Program-made: the position numbers and the translations under genes
Notes under the pieces: model-generated
Database searches by the model: none
The model's input: only the letters and a program-made list of their open reading frames with translations
Told to the model about the DNA's origin: nothing
From: Akkermansiaceae bacterium
Lineage (GTDB): Bacteria > Verrucomicrobiota > Verrucomicrobiia > Verrucomicrobiales > Akkermansiaceae
NCBI GenBank assembly: GCA_051251915.1
Contig: JBPOGF010000006.1
Span: 117,285-181,284, forward strand
Length of the DNA: 64,000 nucleotides
Direction: 5' to 3'
Part shown: piece after piece, positions 50,701 through 60,732 of the stretch
How positions within the stretch are numbered: position 1 is the stretch's first letter
Layout: each line of letters begins with the position of its first letter

Positions 50701-50965
50701 GATTTTTTTAGTGCGGTTTTGCGATTGTTAGGATCTGGTTTATTTTTAACTTAATCTGTCATAATTGAATCCTATGGTGAAACTAACACTTTGAAATGAA
50801 GATGATGATTACCTAATTTGTTAGATTCTGTTAGAATTTTATATTATGATTATATTTAATTCAGCAACATCTACTCATTGTGAGAGAGTTAAGTCAAGAG
50901 GAAAACTTTATGGACGCTAGACGATAGAAGATATATGTGGTGCTACAAATAAAAACAGTGATGAT

Positions 50966-51898
50966 TTACTCTTGGTTATTGTTGTTAGGTTTTTTAATTT
51001 CAGCATTAAGTTTAGTTAAGTTTTCCCAGAATGTACTGTTAGATGCGCTTCCGTGGTAAGAAATTTTCCCTTCTTTGGTAATAATTACGAGGGTGGGGAG
51101 GTCTGATACGCGGAGTTGTTTGTTGAGTGAAGAATTGTTAGAGTCGATGAGCCATTGGCCAGGTAGTGCTGGTTTAGCTTCAGTGATGAGCTCTTTAGCA
51201 TGAGTGATGAGTTGTTCATCGTTATCTAACAAGATAGATGCGAATGCTATGTTCTTTCCTTGGCATTGGGTAGCGGCACTTTCGATGAGGGGGTAGGTTG
51301 TATCTAGTTGTTGATTCCACGGTGACCAGAATCTGAGTATGAGAGCATCCTTGTCTTGAATGAGTTTTTCGAATGTGATCGGCTTTCCATTTTCTAGAGT
51401 TATCATTTCTCTATCTGGAGCAATGGTGATTTTTTCCATGATTTTTTTATTTCTGTGAACGGTGATGTGATGAGAAAATGCAGATGCTGTCTCGGGGCTT
51501 AGCCAGTAGGCTTCGGTGATGTGCTTTTTGAAGTTAGCTGAGTCGCTTTTTTCTAGTGCCTGTAATGCGAGGCTATACTGAATGACTGATTGCCATTGTT
51601 CTTTGGTGGCGAAAATCTTTGAGGTATCGAGATCGAATTCTTCAAGTTGGTTTTGAAACTGGGTGTGGATTGCGGCGATGGCTTTGTAGTTCTCAGTGTC
51701 GACATAATAGAGAAACGTGGCTTCGAGGATGACTTGCTTGTGCATGCCTAGTTTGGTGGCAGTTTCTACTGCAAGTTCAAATTTTGCGGGTTCTCTAGCC
51801 GTGAAAAGTTCTGCCTCACATTCTTCAAGTAGATCATTGGCATAGAGAATAGTAGGGAGAGTAATAAGGCAGATTAGTGTGGAGATGATTGTTTTCAT
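50966..51898 (-). CDS. Secreted protein with C-terminal TlpA-like thioredoxin fold lacking CxxC
   Basis: LILRFWSPWNQQL at the FWAxWCxxC position; LPTLVII...GKI cis-Pro motif retained. Confidence 0.7.
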   Translation of the reverse strand: MKTIISTLICLITLPTILYANDLLEECEAELFTAREPAKFELAVETATKLGMHKQVILEATFLYYVDTENYKAIAAIHTQFQNQLEEFDLDTSKIFATKEQWQSVIQYSLALQALEKSDSANFKKHITEAYWLSPETASAFSHHITVHRNKKIMEKITIAPDREMITLENGKPITFEKLIQDKDALILRFWSPWNQQLDTTYPLIESAATQCQGKNIAFASILLDNDEQLITHAKELITEAKPALPGQWLIDSNNSSLNKQLRVSDLPTLVIITKEGKISYHGSASNSTFWENLTKLNAEIKKPNNNNQE

Positions 51899-51948
51899 AG
51901 AGATGGAGTGAATGAGGAGGGGGTAAAAAAGCGCTGAATTTTTTAAAC

Positions 51949-51999
51949 AAAAAAGGTGATAATTGAGCTGTTAAGAAACAGGTTCATTATCACCTTTTT
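51949..51999. terminator. Long hairpin/terminator after the LysM gene
   Basis: AAAAAAGGTGATAAT-TGAGCTGTT-aaga-AACAGGTTCA-TTATCACCTTTTT. Confidence 0.75.
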
Positions 52000-52027
52000 A
52001 AATGATTTGTGTGGATGTTGGTTAGAT

Positions 52028-52492
52028 TTATCTCGCTGGGATTACGAGGCGCTGACCGACCCAAATGGTATCAGTGCTAAGGTTGTTAGTTTGGCGTAAT
52101 TGTTCTTCAGTCACACTATATTTTCTAGTGAGCCCCCAGATGGTGTCACCCTTTTCAACAATGTGCGTAGTAGCTGATCCTGTTGGCTCCGCAGGGAGTG
52201 GAGTGTATGGTTGTGATGGAGGTGGAGTGTACTCTACAGGAGGAGTGCTAGATACTCCTGGGATGTCTTGGTATGGAGCACCAGTTTCACCACCGGCTCC
52301 TGGAACTGCGTATGGATTACTTGCGCCTGCTGCAGGAACTCCGTAGGGGTTTGCTGCCGCAGCGGCTTGAGCTTGCTGTTGTTGTTTGTATGCCGCGTAT
52401 TCTGGATCCATCGAAGCACATGATGGGATGAGAGCTAGAGATACGATCGAAGCGCCAGCTACGACGACTTTGTTTATTGTTTGAATGTTCAT
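52028..52492 (-). CDS. LysM-domain lipoprotein
   Basis: Lipobox-like LIPSC, Pro-rich linker, H.VEKGDTIWG....Y......L...NNL....I.VGQ.L.IP. Confidence 0.92.
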   Translation of the reverse strand: MNIQTINKVVVAGASIVSLALIPSCASMDPEYAAYKQQQQAQAAAAANPYGVPAAGASNPYAVPGAGGETGAPYQDIPGVSSTPPVEYTPPPSQPYTPLPAEPTGSATTHIVEKGDTIWGLTRKYSVTEEQLRQTNNLSTDTIWVGQRLVIPAR

Positions 52493-52679
52493 TGCTGTTA
52501 TTCTAGCATTTAACAGCTTAATGTAAACTAACTATTTTCAGAAATTTTATGAAGTGGGAAGTAAGAAGGCATTTATACTCTTACCATTGCATTCGGTAAT
52601 AATGTGGAAGGCAAGCGGTTCTTTTAGAGTGATTCAGCGGTTTTTGGTAGTGTGGTTTTAATGAGTAAATTAGGGCGTT

Positions 52680-55004
52680 TTAGTGGTTGGTCATCAGATC
52701 GCTGGTTAGAATGAGTTCTAACATGGTTTTGAATTTATATCCATTTTTAGCGGACGCAACCTCGATTTCTTTGACTGTTTTAAGGTCGTGTAGGTTTAGT
52801 TTTCTGCCCTTTGCGTATTCAGCTAATTTGATGATGAGATTACGTGCTATGATATGATCGTTGGTATAGAGAATTTTTTTGAGACCATTAATATCTTTAA
52901 ACTTCGAACCAAGGAAGTCTCCAGTTGTGTCGATGATTAGCTTGTTATCGTATTTTTTTCTGTGGCGTCCTATAGGGTCAAATGCTTCGAGTGCGAATCC
53001 GGCTGGATCCATTTTAAGGTGGCATTCTCTACAGTTGATGTCCTCAGTGTGCTTGGTTAACTGCTCTCTAACTGTTGTGGTTGTTCGTAAATCTGGGACT
53101 AGTGCAGGGACTTCTTTCGGAGGAGGTGGGGGAGGGGTTCCCATGAGTTCATCAACGATCCAATGCCCGCGTTCTATGGGGGTGGTCTCTACGCCATTGG
53201 CGGTTAAGGTCAGGATACTCGCTTGGGTGATCAGTCCTCCTCGAATGGAGTCCTCAGGTAGTGTTACCTTTTGGAGTCCGGGTTTGTTACTATTGAATGG
53301 GATGTTGTAAAATGCGGCGAGGTTACTGTTGAGGAAGGTGTAGTCTGAGTCGATAAATTCACTCACGCTACGATTATCCTTTAGTACATGTTTGAAGTAT
53401 TCGATGGTCTCATTTTTAAGATCATTTCTAACTTTGTAGTAGGCGCTGTAGCGTCCTTTGGTATCGGGAGGCATGGATCCTAGTTTGTCTAGGGAAACCC
53501 ACTGGGTGACAAAGCTTTCCATGAATCGCTCAGATTTAGGATCCTTGAGCAGGCGTTGGATTTGTGCTTTGAGCACTTCTGGCTGACTGAGTCTTCCGCT
53601 TAAAGCGATGTTAAATAGCTCTAAGTCAGGCATAGAGCTCCAGAAGAAATAGGAAAGTCTTGTGGCGAGCTCGAATTCATTGAGTTTGCCTTGACCGGTC
53701 TTGATGTAGAGAAAATCTGGTGAAACGATCAGTGCTGAGAAAGTTTTAATGAAGGCATGGTGCCAGCTGTTAGTGAGTTTATATTCGTTTTCGAGCTTGG
53801 ATTTATAGAGGGCTATGTCGTTTTTTGTAGGTAGGCGGCGGTAGGCTCTAGCCATGAATCTAAGGAGGATACCTTCTCTTATTTTCGGGTCTGTTAGATC
53901 TGGGACGTCCTGGCGGCCATATGTTGTTTTAAATGATGGTGCAGGCCACTCATCTACGAATGGCCCTTCGATCTTGATTTCTGTAATTTTGATTCCTGGT
54001 AATAAGGGTTTGGTGTTTTTAGGAACCAGTTTTCTTCTTATTGCTTGTCTTGCATTGGCTGCAGGCTTGGCTGCTCCATTAGCGAATTCTACAAATATTC
54101 TATAGCCGCTATCGATCCAGAGTGTTTCGGTATAGGTTGTTTTCTTATTCTGTAAGGTGAAGGTCTGTTTTAAGCCTCCTGAACCTTGACCCATCGTGCC
54201 GAGGTCTAGTTTGAAAGGTTTATTATAAGGAGGGAAGAGTGTGCCATTTCTATATTTAAACTGGTCTATAGGCTCGGCTTCGATGGTGATTTTATAGTTG
54301 CCTGATATTTTCACTTCGGCGTTATCATTTTTGCTAAAGAGTTTGGCTCCACCGTCTCTAGTGATGAACACTCCTTTGCTGCTTGAGGTGAATCGTCTGT
54401 CTCCGCCTGCTAGTTTATCTAGGTTGAGACTATGTTTGCTAGCGGCAGGCTTGCTGTAATCTTCAGTGAATAGAGCTTGGTTAACACTTTTTTCTGCTGC
54501 TCGCATGTATTCAAGTAGGAGGTCACTGGACATCACTAATGACTCGGCTTCGGTGTCAAATCCCTTTTCTACGCTGTCATCGTAGATATATGCTCCAGGT
54601 TTGAAGTCGCCATCGTTCAAGCCTAACAGATCTTTTACCGTGTAGTTGAATTCACGATGGTTGAGCTTTCTGTATCCTGTCGTACTCGGTCCCTGCGTTG
54701 CTTCTTTGTTGTCTGTTTGCTTGAGTATGTATGTCATTATGTCCTCAATTTCCGGCTTTGTAGGTTGCGGTTTTTTTGAGGGAGGCATCTCTTGGTGGTA
54801 GAGTTGATCGTAGACAAGTTGCCAGACTTCAGGGTCAAAGGAGCCAATTTTATCTAAGCGCATATCACCTTTTTGTTTTTCTGCATTGTGGCAATCGATA
54901 CAGTATTTTTTGATAAATGGTTTTACCTTTTGAGGATCGTACTGAGCAAAGGTGGGCTGGATGAATGCCACACTGGTGAGTAGAATTGATAGATAGGAAC
55001 GCAT
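52680..55004 (-). CDS. DUF1592/DUF1588-family (PSD) planctomycete cytochrome c domain protein
   Basis: CIDCH...EMPP, RKLN..E...TV.DL, ELATRLSYFFWSSMPD, RGGL, P.ERG.W and CRECH.KMDP.GFALE.FD.IG. Confidence 0.92.
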   Translation of the reverse strand: MRSYLSILLTSVAFIQPTFAQYDPQKVKPFIKKYCIDCHNAEKQKGDMRLDKIGSFDPEVWQLVYDQLYHQEMPPSKKPQPTKPEIEDIMTYILKQTDNKEATQGPSTTGYRKLNHREFNYTVKDLLGLNDGDFKPGAYIYDDSVEKGFDTEAESLVMSSDLLLEYMRAAEKSVNQALFTEDYSKPAASKHSLNLDKLAGGDRRFTSSSKGVFITRDGGAKLFSKNDNAEVKISGNYKITIEAEPIDQFKYRNGTLFPPYNKPFKLDLGTMGQGSGGLKQTFTLQNKKTTYTETLWIDSGYRIFVEFANGAAKPAANARQAIRRKLVPKNTKPLLPGIKITEIKIEGPFVDEWPAPSFKTTYGRQDVPDLTDPKIREGILLRFMARAYRRLPTKNDIALYKSKLENEYKLTNSWHHAFIKTFSALIVSPDFLYIKTGQGKLNEFELATRLSYFFWSSMPDLELFNIALSGRLSQPEVLKAQIQRLLKDPKSERFMESFVTQWVSLDKLGSMPPDTKGRYSAYYKVRNDLKNETIEYFKHVLKDNRSVSEFIDSDYTFLNSNLAAFYNIPFNSNKPGLQKVTLPEDSIRGGLITQASILTLTANGVETTPIERGHWIVDELMGTPPPPPPKEVPALVPDLRTTTTVREQLTKHTEDINCRECHLKMDPAGFALEAFDPIGRHRKKYDNKLIIDTTGDFLGSKFKDINGLKKILYTNDHIIARNLIIKLAEYAKGRKLNLHDLKTVKEIEVASAKNGYKFKTMLELILTSDLMTNH

Positions 55005-55023
55005 TATGAGTCTGAGTTAAATT

Positions 55024-56289
55024 CTATAGTGAAACTGTTCCTGTGGCGTCGTTGAACTGCTCTAACTCCACTCCAAAATTCTGCAACATGGTGGTGTAGA
55101 GATTATTTAGTGGGGTTTGTAGTCCGTTGTGTTGTTTGGCGTTGATGTGACCTTTGTGTTTTAATCCACCGCCTGCTAGAATGATGGGGAGGTCTCTGTT
55201 AGAGTGTCTGGCTGCATCACTTAATCCGCTTCCGAAGAATACCATGGTATCGTCTAGAAGGTTATGGTTTGCTACCTTGGTGTCTTTAAGTTTCTGAATG
55301 AATTTGCCGTATTGTTCCATGTAAAAGCGCTCAATGAGTAGGAGCTGAGCTAACATCTCTGGCCTTCTTCCATGGTGGGACAGAGAATGGTATCCCAGTT
55401 TGACACCTTCGATTTCGATCACTTTATTATGCATTCCGAACCCGGCGGTGATTACTCGAGAACTGTCCGACTGAATGGCTAGATAGAGTAGGTCAAACAT
55501 CATTGGTGCTAATACTGGGTAATCGACAGCGCTATGCGGACGCTCGATTTCATACTTAGGGGTGGGTTTAGGTTTGTCGCTCCAATATTGCATTCCTTGG
55601 AGGTGTGCCTCGGACTCGCGTATAGCGGTGAGGTATTCGTCGAGTTTGTCTTTGTCTGCTTGGTTGACACTTTTTGCCAAGGACTTTGCCTGGTCTCTGA
55701 TTAGGTCTAGAACGCTTCCTTGGTGATCAATTTCCTTCTTTAATGCGGCATTAGCCTTCTCGTTATCACTTACGAAAAGAGTATCGAAGAGCGTGCGTGG
55801 GTCAGTGAACTCTCGTTTTGTGATGCCTGTTTTGGTGCGTGAGTTTCCTTGTGATCCGCCGATAGAAATATGGAGTGATGGGAAGCGCGTTTTGTAGCCT
55901 ACGTGGTTTGCTGCGATTTGGTCAACGGATGCTGAAGCACCTCTTCCTGTGAGAAGGGTTCTCATTCCTGCGTGTTTATTAAACAAGCCTGGGTGATCCA
56001 TGTGTGAAAAGATGGTGAGGTCATTTCTGAGTGGAGCAAGAGGTTCTAGGGTTGGAGAGGGTGTGAAGTCATTACCGTAGTCTTTAGGGAAGAAATTACC
56101 AGGATACATTCCTAAGCCAGACGCGATCATTACCATGCGCTTTGCAGGGAGTGATCGGTCTGCTGTGGTTGCGGCTAGTAGTGGATTAGATGGGAGGAAG
56201 GGGAGAGCAATGGAGACGCCCATTCCTTTAAGAAAAGTGCGCCTATCGGGGTTTACAAAAGAGCGAGATTGGTGATTTTTAGTTAGCAT
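55024..56289 (-). CDS. DUF1552 (HXXSHH) family Tat-exported protein
   Basis: Tat motif DRRTFLKG; SVDQIAA, SVLD, D..KLDEYL.AIR, YHSLSHH and H...DLPIILAGG. Confidence 0.92.
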   Translation of the reverse strand: MLTKNHQSRSFVNPDRRTFLKGMGVSIALPFLPSNPLLAATTADRSLPAKRMVMIASGLGMYPGNFFPKDYGNDFTPSPTLEPLAPLRNDLTIFSHMDHPGLFNKHAGMRTLLTGRGASASVDQIAANHVGYKTRFPSLHISIGGSQGNSRTKTGITKREFTDPRTLFDTLFVSDNEKANAALKKEIDHQGSVLDLIRDQAKSLAKSVNQADKDKLDEYLTAIRESEAHLQGMQYWSDKPKPTPKYEIERPHSAVDYPVLAPMMFDLLYLAIQSDSSRVITAGFGMHNKVIEIEGVKLGYHSLSHHGRRPEMLAQLLLIERFYMEQYGKFIQKLKDTKVANHNLLDDTMVFFGSGLSDAARHSNRDLPIILAGGGLKHKGHINAKQHNGLQTPLNNLYTTMLQNFGVELEQFNDATGTVSL

Positions 56290-56410
56290 GTTGATCTTTT
56301 CTTAAGTTTGTGGTGAAGATTGCGCATATTTATAAATGGAGTCAATCTTGTAAATGGGGTGCTCCGATATACTCTTTACCTGATGATGCATATGGGCTAA
56401 ATGTCTGACC

Positions 56411-57322
56411 GTGAATCAGAAAATACATAAAGCATTCATCCTCGGAGCTGGTCTCGGGACGAGATTAAAACCACTCACCGATTCTTTGCCAAAGCCGTTA
56501 GTTCCGCTCTACCATGAACCGATGGTGAACTATGCTATGAGGCATTGTTTGTCTGCGGGTATCACGGATTTTGCGATCAACACGCACCATCTTCCTGAAG
56601 CATGGGGGAAGTGTTATCCTGAGGGGACATTTAATGGTGCGGGAATCAAGTTTTTCTATGAAAAGGTGTTGTTAGAGACTGGTGGAGGGATTAAGAACAT
56701 TGCTTCATTTATAGGTGATGAACCCTTGTTGGTTTATAATGGAGATATTCTAACTGATCTAGATATAGCAGGGCTAATGGAGGCACATATGAATTCAGGT
56801 GATGTTGCTACGTTGGCGCTTTTCCCTACGGGACCAAATTGCAATGTGGCGGTGGAGGACGGCAGAATAGTCGACATGCGCAATGCGCGTGGTGTGCACC
56901 CTGGGAACCATCAGTTCACGGGGATCTATTGTATTAGCCCGCAAATCCTTGATTTGATTCCGGCAAATGAGAAAATTTCTATCGTACCAGCGTTTCTGGA
57001 ATTGATCGAGCAAGGGAAACTTGGGGCATATGTTTCGGAGTCTGCTACGTGGCATGATCTAGGTTCACGGGCGTCATACTTTGATGCTCATCAGTTACTC
57101 CGAGCGCATAGCAATCCCATTGATGCAAAAGCAATGATTGACCCGAGTGCCGACATTTGTGTAGAAAGTTGTGTAATTGGTGACGGTGCAAGTATCGGCA
57201 AGAACGCAAGACTCAGAAATTCCATCATTTGGCCCGGTGCCAAGGTGGCAGATAATGCGGAGTTGACTGACTGCATCGTGCGTCACGCCGCGAGCGGCGT
57301 CCATACTGGACAAGACCTTTAA
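56411..57322 (+). CDS. Nucleotidyltransferase (MurU-like / NDP-sugar synthase)
   Basis: LGAGLGTRLKPLT..LPKPLV, LLETGGGI and YNGDI; short C-terminal left-handed beta-helix; adjacent to an AmgK-like kinase. Confidence 0.85.
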   Translation: MNQKIHKAFILGAGLGTRLKPLTDSLPKPLVPLYHEPMVNYAMRHCLSAGITDFAINTHHLPEAWGKCYPEGTFNGAGIKFFYEKVLLETGGGIKNIASFIGDEPLLVYNGDILTDLDIAGLMEAHMNSGDVATLALFPTGPNCNVAVEDGRIVDMRNARGVHPGNHQFTGIYCISPQILDLIPANEKISIVPAFLELIEQGKLGAYVSESATWHDLGSRASYFDAHQLLRAHSNPIDAKAMIDPSADICVESCVIGDGASIGKNARLRNSIIWPGAKVADNAELTDCIVRHAASGVHTGQDL

Positions 57323-57357
57323 GATATAAAAACTGATCAACATTCACTCTCTTACCT

Positions 57358-58326
57358 ATGCCAGCAAATACATTACTAACCGCCATCCGAGCTCACTTAG
57401 ATCTCGCTCCCACGCACTCCGTGGTCATAGAGCCGATTACTAAGGGAGGTTCTGGGCGCACCATTATCCGGCTCAAGCCTGAGGGGTATCCAACCTACAT
57501 TGGAATTCATTATACCTTGGAGAGGGCGGATAATGCGAACTATTTACCAGTGGCGGAATTTCTAACTAAAGCGAAACTCAACGTCCCGCATGTGCTCTAT
57601 GATAATACCGGTAGATGCTGTGCGTTGGTGGAAGATTTGGGCGACCAGGATTTGCTCTCGATGCGTGATGAGCCGTGGGAAGTGCGCGAGCCTATTTATC
57701 GCTCCACATTCCAGCAGCTTGATAAGCTCTTTTATACTCGTCCGCCGAAGGATCTGGAATTTCAGCCTGCATTCGATCGCGATATGTATGTTTGGGAGCA
57801 GGAATATTTTTATGATAATCTTGCTGAAACTCATCTCGGGATGTCCAGTTCGGAGACTCAACCATTACGTGATCACCCTGCGCTGAAGCATATGGCGGAG
57901 TCTCTTGGGGCGTCTTCACGTCATTTGGTTCATCGTGACTTTCAGTCACAGAATATCATCGTGAAGGATAATAAAGCCTACTTGATCGATTTTCAGGGGA
58001 TGCGCCGTGGGCGACAGGAATACGACCTTGCTTCACTTATCTATGACCCTTACATGAATCACTCTGCGGATGAGCGGGAGAAGTTGTTAGATATTTGGGA
58101 AGATGTCACTGAGGAGCGGCCATTGGAGGATATTCTCACTATGTGTGCGATCCAACGTCTGATGCAAGCGTTAGGAGCTTACGGGAATTTAATCTCTAAC
58201 AAGAATGAGGAGTGGTTTGCGCAGCACATTCCGACAGCGGCGAAATTGCTCCGTGAACTGGTCACTGGCACTGACTATGCTGAGCCTATTTTGCCAGTTC
58301 TAGATCTTCTAGATAGCCAGTCATAA
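57358..58326 (+). CDS. Aminoglycoside-phosphotransferase-fold kinase (AmgK-like)
   Basis: GGS.R, EDLGD, HRDFQSQN, IDFQG.R.G...YDLASL.YDPY and QRLMQALGAYG motifs. Confidence 0.85.
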   Translation: MPANTLLTAIRAHLDLAPTHSVVIEPITKGGSGRTIIRLKPEGYPTYIGIHYTLERADNANYLPVAEFLTKAKLNVPHVLYDNTGRCCALVEDLGDQDLLSMRDEPWEVREPIYRSTFQQLDKLFYTRPPKDLEFQPAFDRDMYVWEQEYFYDNLAETHLGMSSSETQPLRDHPALKHMAESLGASSRHLVHRDFQSQNIIVKDNKAYLIDFQGMRRGRQEYDLASLIYDPYMNHSADEREKLLDIWEDVTEERPLEDILTMCAIQRLMQALGAYGNLISNKNEEWFAQHIPTAAKLLRELVTGTDYAEPILPVLDLLDSQS

Positions 58327-58342
58327 ACATCCTTATTTCTCT

Positions 58343-59791
58343 GTGAATCCTGACCTCCAGAACCGCAAGACCATATTCCTAATTTTCATTCTGGTGGCAG
58401 TGTTGGGGTATTTCACACTGCCTAGAATCCAGCAGTATGTTCCGCTGATAGGCGGGAAGACGTTGGCTCAGTTAGATGCTGTCGTAATTCCGAATGAGGT
58501 CACGATCTTGTCTGATCGAGAAATTCTTAGTCAGAAGAGTGCTCCGGTTCCTGAGCCGCCGAGTTATCTCGTCTGTAGCATTGATGATGATCCTGAGGGG
58601 ACGAATGCGTATGGGATTTATGACCCTACTGATCTCGCGGTCACGGTGAATAACTTAGTCCGCTTGAATACCAAGCACCTATTTTTGGGGACACATTTGC
58701 ATTGGCCTGATTTGCCGCCGATAGAGAACAATACGTTGAATACTCAGCTTGAGTTGTTAGACTCTTGTATATTATCTACTCCGTTGCGTAGAACGGCGAA
58801 CTCGGTGGAGATTCCTCCTTATTTATTAGATTCTTCGGTGGCATTATCTGAGGTGCAAGGAAATACGAGGATGCTTCCGAAAGTGAACAACTTGAGCTTG
58901 GCTCCGACTTTGAAAATCCCAAACAATTGCAAGATTGGGTTCTCCCAGCTAGAGAGTGAACCAGAAACGAGTAACATCCCTCTCCTTGCGGTATGGAATG
59001 ATCGTGTGATACTTTCTTCGCTTTTGTTAGAACGCTTGCATCATTTAAGGCTTAGTCCGGATGATATTGAAGTCACTGTTGGTAAATTTGTTTCACTGGG
59101 TAATACTGGCAACATTATTCCTATTGATGACTTTGGCTATTTTAAACCTACAAATAACAGAGCGATTACTGAACCGCATATTATTTCAGCTGATATCACT
59201 TCGGTTGAGAAATCACCTGTGGAGACTGAGAATGCGGTTCTAACTGCAGTCGGTGTGAAGGCGGACAGTTACCGAGCTATCGAGGCACCAGTGAAGCAAC
59301 TTACTCAGCTGACTTTGACACCAGTGTATCTCGATACAGTGAACTACAAGCGCATCTCGTGGTGGGTGGAATTGTTGTTCGTTGTTGTGGTTGCGTTCTT
59401 GTTATTACTGGCGGTGAAGAGGTCTGTTTTGGTGTTTTTGTTATGGGCGCTGTTGCTGGTAGGTGGTTTGTTATTTGGTAGTAAGCTGCTCAGTGCTGAG
59501 ACTGCATATTTTGCACCGATTCTCTATTTATTGTTTGCGCTTATCGTCTGCATGGTGGTGTTTCCATTCCTTAAGAGTCGCGCCAATTTCATTCACGAGC
59601 TCATTGATAATCAGCATGATCTTGATGACCTCTCCGTGCTTTACAAAAAGGAGCAATTTGCTCAGAAGGATCTAACCGTTGCTAAACTTTCCGCTCGAGA
59701 TCGTAAGCATCTCCGTAAGCAGAGACGCCGTGAGCGGCGGATGAAAAAGAAGCTACAGAAAGCCAACTCTAAAACAGAAAACGATCAATAA
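58343..59791 (+). CDS. Hypothetical membrane protein (CHASE2-like layout)
   Basis: N-terminal TM helix, large extracytoplasmic region, three C-terminal TM helices and a basic tail. Confidence 0.65.
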   Translation: MNPDLQNRKTIFLIFILVAVLGYFTLPRIQQYVPLIGGKTLAQLDAVVIPNEVTILSDREILSQKSAPVPEPPSYLVCSIDDDPEGTNAYGIYDPTDLAVTVNNLVRLNTKHLFLGTHLHWPDLPPIENNTLNTQLELLDSCILSTPLRRTANSVEIPPYLLDSSVALSEVQGNTRMLPKVNNLSLAPTLKIPNNCKIGFSQLESEPETSNIPLLAVWNDRVILSSLLLERLHHLRLSPDDIEVTVGKFVSLGNTGNIIPIDDFGYFKPTNNRAITEPHIISADITSVEKSPVETENAVLTAVGVKADSYRAIEAPVKQLTQLTLTPVYLDTVNYKRISWWVELLFVVVVAFLLLLAVKRSVLVFLLWALLLVGGLLFGSKLLSAETAYFAPILYLLFALIVCMVVFPFLKSRANFIHELIDNQHDLDDLSVLYKKEQFAQKDLTVAKLSARDRKHLRKQRRRERRMKKKLQKANSKTENDQ

Positions 59792-59792
59792 T

Positions 59793-60671
59793 ATGTCACT
59801 CGACCAGACCATTAACAAGGCCGCCACACTCGTAGAAGCTCTACCGTACCTGCAGGATTTCAGAGGGAAAACCTTTCTCATTAAGATGGGTGGCTCGGCG
59901 ATGGATGATCCTGAATTAGTTCGCCAAGTTATGCGTGATATCGTGTTTTTAGAGGTGGCTGGGATTAACCCAATTGTGGTACATGGCGGGGGTAAAGCTA
60001 TTTCAGCAGCAATGAAGGAGGCGGGTTTAGAGGCTAAATTTATTGGTGGCTTCCGGGTGACTTCGCCTGATGCGATAAACATTGTGGAGAAGATTCTATC
60101 GGGGACGATAAACCCAGGCCTTGTCTCAATGATTAGAGACTTTGGGGGGAAAGCGGTAGGCTTTCCGGGGAAAGAGGTGTTCATAGGTGAGCGGATTAAA
60201 GCGAAAAATGATGAAGGCGAAGAGGTCGACATCGGCAGGGTAGGGCAGGTAGTTAGCTGTAATATGCAGAAGATGAAGGAGGCCTTCGATGCGGAGATTG
60301 TTCCAGTTATTTCACCGCTTGCCTCTGAGCTAGGAACGGGGAAAAAGCTTAATGTAAATGCTGATCTTGCAGCTGCGGCGCTGGCGAAAGAACTTAAGGT
60401 TACTAAGCTCATTTATCTTTCAGATGTTCCAGGAGTGATGCGTGACCCAGCTGATGAGTCGACCATCATTCCATCCATCAACCCAGCTACGGCGGCAGAT
60501 CTCATCCAACAAGGGATTGTCTCTGGTGGGATGCTACCTAAGGTCAACTCGGCCCTCGACGCACTTGATCACGGAGTGCGCAAGGTCCACTTCATTGACG
60601 GCAGAATGCCGCATTCCCTGCTTCTGGAGATCTTTACGAAGTCTGGAATAGGAACTGAGATTGTTTCGTAG
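59793..60671 (+). CDS. argB: Acetylglutamate kinase
   Basis: LVEALPYL, IKMGGSAM, VVHGGG, NVNAD, LSDVPG, GGMLPKV and HSLLLEIFT..GIGT. Confidence 0.97.
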   Translation: MSLDQTINKAATLVEALPYLQDFRGKTFLIKMGGSAMDDPELVRQVMRDIVFLEVAGINPIVVHGGGKAISAAMKEAGLEAKFIGGFRVTSPDAINIVEKILSGTINPGLVSMIRDFGGKAVGFPGKEVFIGERIKAKNDEGEEVDIGRVGQVVSCNMQKMKEAFDAEIVPVISPLASELGTGKKLNVNADLAAAALAKELKVTKLIYLSDVPGVMRDPADESTIIPSINPATAADLIQQGIVSGGMLPKVNSALDALDHGVRKVHFIDGRMPHSLLLEIFTKSGIGTEIVS

Positions 60672-60686
60672 TAGAGAAATAGTTAT

Positions 60687-60707
60687 TTGGTTATTGGTTA
60701 TTGGTTA
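60687..60707. repeat. Heptamer tandem repeat (TTGGTTA x3)
   Basis: ttggtta ttggtta ttggtta, between argB and the end of intI. Confidence 0.85.
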
Positions 60708-60732
60708 TTTGGGAGCGTGGCGCAATGCTCCG

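Noticed and set aside
50186..50731. 181-aa Phe-rich plus-strand ORF
   Set aside because: Mirror image of the lysine-repeat gene (AAA/AAG codons read as TTT/CTT).
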